This document shows, piece after piece, positions 40,234 to 51,062 of a DNA stretch of 64,000 nt (position 1 is the first letter of the stretch; each line of letters begins with the position of its first letter). The notes under the pieces are model-generated. The model was given only the letters and a program-made list of their open reading frames with translations. It was not told the DNA's origin and made no database searches. Source of the DNA: Adineta vaga (lineage: Eukaryota > Animalia > Rotifera). A program made the position numbers and the translations under genes. Location of the stretch: positions 6,138,001 through 6,202,000 of the forward strand of contig CP075493.1 of NCBI GenBank assembly GCA_021613535.1. Reading direction: 5' to 3'.

Positions 40234-40243
40234 GCGACATCTA
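40234..40243 (-). promoter_or_regulatory. TAGATGKCRC (CTCF-like) upstream motif; representative of 7 copies
   Basis: TAGATGTCGC 255 bp upstream of RUNDC1. Related copies at 214, 9239, 14634, 20044, 22259 and 25932. Confidence 0.5.
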
Positions 40244-40497
40244 TTATAAAAGTTTTATTTTATAACAGAAAGCTCAATAAAAACTTGTCAAGATCTAAGA
40301 AATAAATCACAATGATCAAAATAAAGATTTTATGCATTCATTAGTGTTCTGTTATGCAACATAAGTTCTACCAGAGAATCAATTGAATTTGTTCTATCGA
40401 CGTCATTACTTCCAGCGTAGGCGTATATGTGTATATGCGATTTTTTTTCTCTTTCCATTCTTCTTCTTCTTCTTCTTCTTCTATTTTGATCTGAAAC

Positions 40498-43036
40498 ATG
40501 CTACAAGAAGATTCAAGTGACGACAGATTGCCCATGACCGGTCGTTTGACCCCGATTGGTGGTGCCTCAACAGATACAGAATTGGGAAGAAGGTTTGTCA
40601 GAAAAAACCTTTTGAATTTTTCATTTTAAATCTATTTTGTTATTCTTTAGCGTTAATGATGAATTCAATGATAATCTTGCTTTACTCGAAGAACATGAGC
40701 GATTAAATTCTTCTCTTGCTGCATTAACTCGTCATTTTGCACATGTACAATTTCGTCTCCAGCAAGTTGTTTCAGCACCAACAACCGAAGATCGTGAAGT
40801 AAATTAGAAATACCTTTTTTTTATCAATCATTGAAAAAAATTCATGTTTTTGTCTAGAATTTACTTTTAGAATTACATGAATTTGCTTCAAGTGGTATTC
40901 CTGATGTTATGTGTCAATCGTCAATGTATACAACGGATCGTACAAATGAAGAATTGATTGAAAATGAAAAATGTCGTGAAAAAGAATTTATTCATGATTT
41001 AAAACAAAAACTAGATGAATTGGAACATTACGCTGCTGCATCAGGTTCACTCGAAGGTGTACCTACATCTGTAACAATGGAAAAGCAACGTGTTTTAATT
41101 GATCAATTACGTACAAAACTTGATTTACAATTGGATGATGCTTCTGTTTCGAAACTATCGTATGCATTTATTCATTCATACTAAAACATCTAGTTTTCTT
41201 TTGATTGATTTAGAGCTGAAGAATTACGAAAACTTGTCGATCAAGCTATTCATCAGGTATATTCATCTTTTCATTTGCTAGCATTTGATTAATGATTTTT
41301 TTCTTTAGTTGACCAATCCAGTTAAACTAAAAGAAAATCTAATTACACAAATGCGTACACAAATAACTGATCTGGAAAAATTTATTGAATTTCTCAAAGG
41401 TAAACTAAACTTGTTTACGGAATAAATCACAATTTTCTTTGAACTTCTAGCTGATTCCGCCAATGCTGCTGCAGCTGCAGCTTCATCGAATGATAAAAAG
41501 AGCATCGAACCATATAGATCTTCTCCCAATAAATCGAATCCAGTTTGTTGAATATTTCTTTCCTTATCAAATATCTTCCCCATTCATTTTCAGACAACTA
41601 CAAATGCATTCAAAACACGTTCAACTACTAATAAATTTTCCTCGGAAAATCAAGAAAATTTCTCTCAAACAATGAAAAAAGTCTTAGTTTTAACTCAACT
41701 CTATACATTTTTATTATTAACATGTGGAACACGATCTATGCAAAAGAAAACAAATCAACCAACACCAAATATGAAAAAAGATGTCGTTGCCAAGAAACAT
41801 TTTGGGTAGGAAAAGAAGAAAACATTTCATTTTCTATCTAATGTAAAAAATGATCGATTTTTTTTTAAAGTGATCTTCGAGCGAAACTTGAAGTGGCTAT
41901 TGAAAAAGTTCTCAATACTGTTCGATTAGTAAATACATTTTCACGACATAATCGTGGTTATAATAATGAAGATGATGATGAAAATAATTCTTCATCAGTA
42001 ACAACCAGTGATAATGAAGAAGTTAGTTTTAATAATGAATTTGTTTTTTATTCGAATGATTTCCTTATATTTAGGAAGATTATGATCAAAATGGAATAGT
42101 TTTAGCTGTACGACAAGATCTAGCACCAGCTCTTCGAGCATTAATGGAACATGGTCTTTATGAAGTAGGAGAGGAAGCAAAATCTTCTTTCTTTTTTCTC
42201 AATGTTTTATATACATTTTTATTAGACGAATTATTCAACGACATTAGCTGTTTGGGGTTGTTTTGCAACGAGAGCTAACTATGCATCTACGAATGATACA
42301 ATGCATATTTGGAAATTATTTTTAAAATATTATGAAATGAAAGTAAGAGACTATCTTGATAACTAATCAATTATCGTCATTGACATGTATCGCCCTGCAG
42401 TTTTCTCTTATCGACGCCAGTTGGTGTCATGCATCAAATGACATTATAATCGTGTATACTCTCTTGTTGTAGAAAAAAAAACCAATAAATATCGTCGAGA
42501 TCGTGATTTTATTCAACTATTTTTGTTTTTTTTTAGCGTGGAAATGAATTTGCTAATAGTCCAGCTCGAAAACTTTCTGAATCCTTTGCATTAGATGTTA
42601 TTGGCGGCAAACCAATTACTTTAAAACAAGTATTATTCAATTTTCTAATTATTTTCATTCACTCAATTCTATCATTATTTCTAGTGTTTGCTCAGTGGTA
42701 TTGATAATATTGTAAAAATACATGAAAAACATAGTAAATCTATGGATAGTTGTTTTAAATCATTCTTATGTTATGCATTAAAGTAAGTTTCTTTGTTTTC
42801 AATACAAATGAAATGTTAACCTGTTTTTTAGTGAAAAAAAACTTGTTGCATTTCTTCGTATTATTCTGAAAACAATTCCATTGATTGAAAATTATTATCA
42901 ATCATGGAGTTATACAAAAACAACTGGATTTAATGATGCTCTTCATTCACTTGATCGTTTAACTTCAATTGATTTTCATTTACCAATCAATATATCTGTT
43001 CGTCGTTTTATGAATAATCGAGATCTAATTGAATAA
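40498..43036 (+). CDS. RUNDC1: RUN domain-containing protein 1
   Basis: LNSSLAALTRHFAHVQFRLQQVV, EKQRVLIDQLR, TQITDLEKFIEFL, RUN domain LAPALRALMEHGL...SPARKLSESFAL...YYQSWSY. Confidence 0.88.
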
Positions 43037-43437
43037 TCGAAAATTTTCTTTTTCATTTCTGTACAATGTATCTAGTCAGTTTGTTTTTTGTTAATGGGTG
43101 ATGGATGAATGAATGAATGAATGTCAATTTTGATTTGTTTGTTTTTTCTTGGAAAAGAAGAGAACGATCTCGTTTTTATCTATATTTGTTTTCTTGTTAC
43201 GTCTATTTCTCTAGTCTTTTGTGTTGGGATATGAAAGCAGTGAAAATTATAGTCATTCGTTAATTGAAATTCCATTTATTTTATTCATGTTATTTATTTT
43301 ATTTGACGTTAATTTTTCTTCTCATTTTGTTTCTGTTGTTCTTGTCCGTATATCTATTTTGACAATAAAGATTCATGATATATTTTTAAAGACAAATACG
43401 AAGATCTCTCAAATTTTTCTAGATAAAAAAAACATTC

Positions 43438-44478
43438 ATGTCGGTCGTTTTCGGTCAAATCATTGTCGGTCCACCTGGCAGTGGTAATCTACTTTGTTTT
43501 TTCTTCTTCTCTTGAACTATTCGTATTCTCTATCTAGGTAAAACAACCTATTGTGCAGCTATACAAGATTATTTTAATAAATGTACAACTGGTAATAGTA
43601 GTCGACATATTTATATTGTTAATTTAGATGCTGCTAATGCTGATATGCCATATGAATGTGCAATCGATCTTGTTGATTTAATCACTGTTGATGATGTTTG
43701 TGATAATTTAAATTTAGGTCCTAATGGTTCATTAATGTATTGTATTGAATATATTGAAAATAATATCGATTGGTTATTTAAACGTCTTGAATCTTTATTG
43801 AATAAACATTCTTCATCATTACCTCCACCTTATATTCTATTTGATTGTCCTGGACAAATTGAATTGTATACTCATCATGGTTCAATTCATCGTATAATTG
43901 AACAATTATTAAAAAAAATGAATTTTCGACTTTGTTGTGTGAATTTAATTGATTCCTATTATTGTTCAAATAGTTCAAATTTTATCAGTGCTTTATTAAC
44001 ATCATTATCCATGATGTTACATTTAGAATTACCACATGTGAATATTTTATCAAAAATTGATTTAATTGAAAGATATGGTTCATTAGAATATAATATTGAT
44101 TTCTATACAGATGTATTAGATTTATCATATTTAATGCGAAATAAAAATTTCAATAAAGATAAATTTCAACCAAAATTAGCAAAAAAATATAAAAAACTCA
44201 ATCAATCATTATGTGATATTATACAAGATTATAGTTTAGTTTCCTATATACCATTACATGTACAAGATCGTTTAAGTATTGAAAAAGTTAATAATACAAT
44301 TGATAAAGCCAATGGTTTTATATTTGGACATTTGAAAGATGATGATTTATCGCAACGAACAAATTTAATGTCCAATGCATTTGGTGTTGAACAATTTGAA
44401 TATGCAAAAACAGCAAAAATTAGAGAAAATTATACATTTGTTGATGATGATGATGATGATGATGCAGAAGATAATTGA
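43438..44478 (+). CDS. GPN2: GPN-loop GTPase 2
   Basis: FGQIIVGPPGSGKTTYC (split by one intron), LGPNGSLMYC, LFDCPGQIELYTHH, ELPHVNILSKIDL. Confidence 0.95.
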
Positions 44479-44629
44479 AGTTTTCTAATGTCATTTTTTT
44501 CTGTCTATATAAAAAAGAAAAGGCAGATCTGAGAACATTCTTCACATATTTAATTAAATCTGTACGAAATTCACAATTTATAAAGATTCATCAGAAACAA
44601 ATGAAAAGATAGATTGTATTTTCTTTTAG

Positions 44630-45342
44630 ATGGATAATGATTTTACTCCCGGTGCCGATCCACAAGAGGTAAGGAGAGAAAAAACACAAGGGGGTATTAG
44701 TTTGATGAGTTGGTATTTAGATCAAACATTTTCTTCATGGACTTGGTTTGATACCACTTGATGAATATTATGGTAAAGAGAATCATTTGATTGTTCTTAT
44801 AACAACGATGTTTATTTAGTACAATTGAGACAAATGTTAAAACGTCGACGAAAATCATCGAAAATGACAAATGAACAAATTCAAAGAAAATTAACTGAAA
44901 ATGGAATTTTGAAAGATGATCTTCTAAGAAATCCTCCAGTAAATGAAATGCCTTGTATAATTCATCCTTTCAAATCTTTTTTTCTAGTTATTATATCCGC
45001 GAAAGAGAACATCATTTTCTCCAGTGATTACTCGTAAACGAGGTATGCGACACGTCATTTTTTTTTGCTCTAATCTCATTACATTCTTTTCTACTAGGAA
45101 AAGCTATTAAAAAACGAACACCATCAGCTACACAAGTCGTCACGCCTCCTGTTATTATTCCTACGACTACAACATGTTCAATTTCAGTAAGATAAATAAA
45201 ATAAATATTGTTTTTAACTTTAACTTTTATTTTTCGATTATTTTAGTCAACAGATGAAAAATCCAATGAAGCTGATTCAATTGATTATGATCAACCGTTA
45301 GATCTACGTTTACGACCTTATCTAGCTAATAAATCTTTGTAA
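44630..45342 (+). CDS. Small multi-exon basic protein with a C-terminal PLDLR motif, unknown
   Basis: About six short GT-AG exons: MDNDFTPGADPQE/IKHFLHGLGLIPLDEYY/...KRRRKSSK.../...DYDQPLDLRLRPYLANKSL*. Confidence 0.6.
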
Positions 45343-48300
45343 TAAACATACGCTCGATGAGTATCTGTAATTATTTTTGTCAGATATATATGTGTTGTTG
45401 TTTTATTTGAAATGAAAAATATATACATAAATATAAACTAATCAAAATCATTTAGTTCTCCTAATTCAAAGGATACGTCAACTTTAGGAACTATTTTTAT
45501 CATTTATTAAACTTTCAACAGTAAGGCAATTCTTCAATTTCCTTTTTTCACTTTCAAGTATCATTGCGCATTCTAACTGATGAAAATATAGATATACATG
45601 ATCAATGGGTACTTTCATTATCAGATCTAAACAATAGACAATGATGAAGTTATGTCATTTACTCGTATATTCATAATTTTACGAAGAATTAATCATTAGT
45701 AAAGATAAACGTCTAAAGTTTTTCTTTTGTTTACATATTTTATGAGAATATTTTCTAATAATATCGCACAAGTCATCTAGATAGATTTCCCTAGAGAAGA
45801 ACATGCTAATCAATTTATTCACCGAAAAAAAAACAACAATTTATTTTTCATATGTTCAGTTATTTGATTGAAGAAGAAAAATAAGTCGATTTGTCCAATT
45901 TTTTATACTTTCTATTTCATGTCAAACGATATTTTTTCATGCATATAACCTTGTATAATTTGTTGACTGTGCATATATAAAGTTTCTTACATGTCAACTA
46001 CTTTTTTTAAAAATAAAATGCATAATAAATTGTATTTTTTAATTTCATATACATAGTATAATACAGAGAGAAAATATTGACTGAATACATGTCTTTCTCG
46101 TTTATTAACATATAACTAAACTTTACCGATCGATCTGACGCTACCAATATAGTACTCATTTTCAATCACATTTAATCAATCGAGAATTTCACATAATTAT
46201 TAATTATATTGGAAAAAATATTTGCAGTCGTGATTGTTGAAGAGACGACGTAGATTATTTTATTTTATTTATCAACATGTAAGTGTGGTCAATAGACATA
46301 TGTCCTTCGTTTTCTCTTTTTACTATTAGCTAAATATTGACTTTGATTATATACATTATACAAAGGCAATCTACAAAAGTAGGCAGCTTGAAACATCTGC
46401 ATACACTGCTTTGAAAAAGAAGAATATATGCGTGTGTTTTGATTAAAATAAAGTTCACGCTCGTTTCTTACCATTCAAATCATTGAATGGTGTATTGCAC
46501 CCATTTGTAATCATATAAGTGCGAGTAGAAATTGTGAAAGAACGTTTGGCACTACTTGCACAATAAGACAGTGCGAAATGCGAGTCTTTTTTTGTCGACT
46601 AAGCAAAACCACCCTATTCTTTCTCTTCTTCTTCTTTTTTCTTCTTTTTTTTCTCGCTGCTCATCATCATCATCACCATCGGGCTTCTTTTTGACAGTCG
46701 GCAGCAATGCTGTTACAATTGCCGTCGCTTTTCTTTTCTTTTCTTCTCTTACGCATTCTATTGAAAAAAAAACCGAGAGAAGAAGAAGAAGAAGAAAAAA
46801 AGCCGCACACGTTCCCCAGTTGAAACATGTTACTCTATTTTGTGTCGATACGTAGTTAGTAGAAGAGAGAGAGCGCTCATTAGTGTTCTATCGTTAAAAG
46901 CGACGTCAACATGACTTGCACACTAATTTTCTTTGAATAATATTTACAATTCCAATGATAAAATCTGTATTTTAGACAAATTGCTTGTGTTAACAATACG
47001 GTGTCGTCTAAGTCATCCTCTCAGGTAAGGCTGACAAGATTGATATTTACAGACATGTTCTTTTTGACGATATTTAATATATTTCAAATAATAGGAAGAG
47101 AAAAAAAGATTGACATTATTGGTATAGGTTTCTTTACTAATGAAACAACAAGAGGGTAATCAAGCATTCTCTATAAAAAGAAATGTTTGTCTATCCTAAG
47201 TTGTCATTTATTGATCCTTGAAATGAATGCTTCGATCACAATCGTTTGTTTTCTCTCTAAAAAATCGACAATCAAGCTCATACGAGTGAGAAGAAGAAAA
47301 AAATTTTCAAATTCTCTTTCTGCTTTGTATTATATACGATCTCTCCTTTATGTAAATTAATATTCTTTTTCTTTTCCCGTACAAAAAAGAAAACGTTTTT
47401 TTTTCTTCTCTTTGAAAACAAGTAAGAATGTTGTCATACTTGATTGAGACCTTGAAGTTGTTCTTATGATGCTATTTCATTTGCTATACAGAATAATACT
47501 AATCCTCAAAACATATTAACAAACTAAAAAAAGGCGAGAGAGAGACAGAAAAGAAAAAGAAATACAATCAAGTTAGTTTGTCATCTTAAGAATAGAATCA
47601 AATCCGCTTTTTATCAACAAAGAAAAAGATGTCGACTAATATTAATGAAAATAGAAAGAGTCATGCAAATCATTCGATCGAACGAGAAATAAAACATCCT
47701 TTGATAGTAAATCAATACTTTTCGTTTTTTTTTTCAAAGTATGAATTTTATCTTTGCTAAATTCTAATCTTTTCAATCCTTGAATATCGTTTTTTATGTT
47801 ATTTAACAGCTTCTCAAATATCATCTATGTACAAAACACATTTCTCATGTTAAATATCAAATTTATCACCCCCAAAAGAATCTTCAAGCTTTTTCTGTAT
47901 ACTCAGTTGGTTAAACATGCTTAGCCATAGTTCAGATGTAATGCTAATAGGATTAGTTCATTCTGTTGACTATAGGCTGACTTAACTAGTCAGTTATTGA
48001 TTATTATTATTATTTTTCTTCTTCTTCTTCGTCTTCGTCTTTTGCAAAAGGACAACATAATAGAATATTATTGAGCTTGACATGCTTCGGAAATGATCGA
48101 AAAACAATAAAGGATATTTTTTTCAAATTGATGTCGAATGATAAAAGAGCAAATAAATCTCTCGTCGTTATTTTCTGCTTCGATTCTTTTTCTTCTTGTT
48201 GATTTTTATATGAAAAGGTTTTATTCTAATCAAAAACGAATCACTAGAAGTCATTTTCTTTGATCGCTATAGTGCCACAGATGTACATAAAGTTGATTTG

Positions 48301-48591
48301 TTAAATTCTTCTAACTTAATATAGAAAGTAGTCAAAAAAAAGAAAACGAATTGAAGAAAAACCTGAAAACAAGGTCGTTTATGTTCTTTACAGATTCTAA
48401 GATCCCTTATAAACGATCTTTTGAAAGTAATTTTAAAGCTTCGATTATAAACAAATCTTTTTTAAATATTAAAGTTAACTCATTTTCTTCTCTTCATTCA
48501 TTCTTTTGATTATATTGTATCAATTATTTCTTCGTAGATTTCATATCATTAAAAAACATATTATCCCAAATATTCATTCGGTTTTTTGAAT

Positions 48592-49374
48592 ATGCAAACA
48601 TTATCTTCTCCATTATCGGAAACGACTCGTATTGAAGTCAATGTTGCCGAATTTGCTCGTGGTGAAATCGCTGTTAAACTTCGACGTGATAACACATTAC
48701 TTGTACATGCTCTACATCTGGATCAATTTGCTGTAGATAATTTTTTTCGTAAAGAATTAGTTAAAACATTTCCTCTACCACCCGGTGCCGATGTTGATAA
48801 AATTCGTTCAATTATACGAAATAATGGAATATTAACAATTGATATACCTATGTTAAGAGATAATGATGCAACACGACGTTCACATGAAGAATTATTACGA
48901 GCAATGGATCAACCAAAAAATCAACGAAAAAATGATTATGTACGTTCAGTTTCACAAGCTAATGTTACTGATTATAATCAGCAATCATTAAGACAAGAAC
49001 CAGCAACCGTACATAAACGTACAGGTAGTCTTGTGGATATGGATCATCGACAAAATACCACATCATTTAATATAGCTGATTTCTTACAATCGAAATTTCA
49101 TCCAACATTTACACCGAATCGTAAAAAATTAACCTTAAAAGTTGATACACGTGGATATGAACCAGATGAATTAACTGTACGTTTACTAGATGATAATTTA
49201 TTAGTGCAAGGAAGTAAGAAATCTTCATCATCGAAAACATCGGATAGTAAACAATTTAGTCAAAGTATTCGTTTACCTGATGGAATTGATAAATACAATG
49301 TTACATCACAAGTTATGGATGATGGAATGCTTTTAATTGAAATACCATTAATCAATTCATCGTTGTATCGATAA
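48592..49374 (+). CDS. Small heat-shock protein with two alpha-crystallin domains
   Basis: ACD1: VNVAEFARGEIAVKL...KTFPLPPGADVDKIRSIIRNNGILTIDIP. ACD2: VDTRGYEPDELTVRL...FSQSIRLPDGIDKYNVTSQVMDDGMLLIEIP. Confidence 0.88.
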   Translation: MQTLSSPLSETTRIEVNVAEFARGEIAVKLRRDNTLLVHALHLDQFAVDNFFRKELVKTFPLPPGADVDKIRSIIRNNGILTIDIPMLRDNDATRRSHEELLRAMDQPKNQRKNDYVRSVSQANVTDYNQQSLRQEPATVHKRTGSLVDMDHRQNTTSFNIADFLQSKFHPTFTPNRKKLTLKVDTRGYEPDELTVRLLDDNLLVQGSKKSSSSKTSDSKQFSQSIRLPDGIDKYNVTSQVMDDGMLLIEIPLINSSLYR

Positions 49375-50107
49375 TGTAACTTTCGAGAATACAAAACCGA
49401 AAGAAAATTTATTCAGAAATCTATCAGTTTTTGCTAGAATTTGAAAATAAAAAACGTATTCTTCTAGATTGTATCAACCAAATGTAATGATAATATTTAT
49501 ATATTTACAAAATTGATATCGATATATTTGTTATTCGAATTTTATGATTGATGACAAATTGTATATGTTCTTGTTTAAATATGTATAAGATTTGACAATT
49601 AAAATCAATCAGAAATATTATGATGCTATATGAGATTTTGATTTGCATTATGATTATGACGATTCAATCGAATATGTTTCAGCGATAAGTTTTATTCTTG
49701 TTCTACATATGTAATATTTGCATGCTTGAGAAAGGTACTCTTCTATAAACAAATTGTGAGGTAGCGATGTTCAACTACTTGATTGACAGCGGTAGAAGAA
49801 CACTATATCGATATGTGCTTGTACACAAAAGCGTTTTATTATTTAGGAACATCGGGTTTATATAGGTTTACGAAAAGATCACAAAACTAGAGAACATGAC
49901 GTGAGAATGAGATGCAAAACATGCAATGAACATATAGTATGACGTCATGATATAACAAATCGAATAGAGGAGATTTCCTTTTCTAACAAAATTCATAAAT
50001 CCTTTTCTTATATGAAAGAATTTCCTGCTGTTCTTTATTCACCGTTTTGCTTTATTCGTTGATATATATATATAGAGAGAGATACAATACGTACTGATAT
50101 TAGTACT

Positions 50108-50265
50108 TGTTAGTATGGACAATTCCGAAATATGTATATTGAAGTTTTTTCCCTCTTCATATGATCACATATATGAAGGAATTCCCCAATACATATATCT
50201 ATATATACGTGCGTGTATCTCGTTTTCTTTGGCATATTTCAAACACTGTGCGCCATCTCGTTCTT
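50108..50265 (+). repeat. Left arm of a 158-bp inverted repeat (partner 50738-50895)
   Basis: Reverse complement of 50738-50895 with about 10 mismatches. It explains the near-identical N-termini of ORFs 50115+ and 50888-. Confidence 0.95.
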
Positions 50266-50895
50266 CTCTCTCTATCTATATACGTGTGGTTCTTTTTCTC
50301 TTGTTCTTGTTTAAAGCGTTCACCAAGTTGAATAATCTTTTCTGCAGCAGTAAGATCAGAATCTTCTTCTTTGAGAAGAGCATGTCGAATTTGAGGGCTG
50401 CTCACCCCAATTATGTAAGCGTCCCGCAATGCACGATCTTGTGAGCGATCTTTTAATATAGATGAATTAAACCCACAATGTCGCATTTCTTCACAAAGCT
50501 CAGCCTTCCATTCGGAGAATGATTGACCTGCCGTCTGGTGACAGGAATAGAAATTAATTCTGTCACGGTATGATTGCCATGTAGAATTACGAGGATCGAA
50601 TGAATGAAGTGCCGAAATTGTGGAGAATCTTGCTTTTGCTGCTTCTTGATTTGCCATAATAAACGTTGTAAATAATCTCGTCGCCCATTGTAAGTTTTGA
50701 AGATAAGGTGTTTCGTGAGTTCCGTTCATTAATGAACAAGAACAAGATGGCGCACAGTGTTTGAAATATACCAAAGAGAACGAGATACACGCACGAATAT
50801 ATAGATATATGTATGGGAGAATTCTTTTATATATGTGATCATATGAATAGGGAAAAAACTTCAATATACATATTTCGGAATTGTTCATACTAACA
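50108..50895 (-). mobile_element. Non-autonomous Ty3/Gypsy (Mag-like) derivative with inverted LTR-derived termini
   Basis: TG...CA ends and direct 5-bp flanks GTACT (50103-50107, 50896-50900). The minus strand has a 207-bp LTR (50895-50689), a PBS-like TGGGCGACGAG (50687-50677) and a deleted gag (FDPRNSTWQSYRDR; LRDAYIIGVSSPQIRHALL). Confidence 0.8.
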
Positions 50896-51062
50896 GTACT
50901 TTGCTTCCATTCTGATATTTCTTTTACGGTAGGAGCTTTATATATTTTGTGAATATAATCAATTTATGCCTGTTAGTAACATATGCGTAATATTTCTATT
51001 CATTGTTAAAACTCTACAAATCTTAGATTATTCATTTGTAAAACATTTCAATTTAGAACAGA

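Noticed and set aside
50115-50888. ORFs 50115+ and 50888- as a duplicated protein pair
   Set aside because: The shared N-termini are just translations of the inverted LTR arms. Only the gag-like part from 50657 has coding ancestry.
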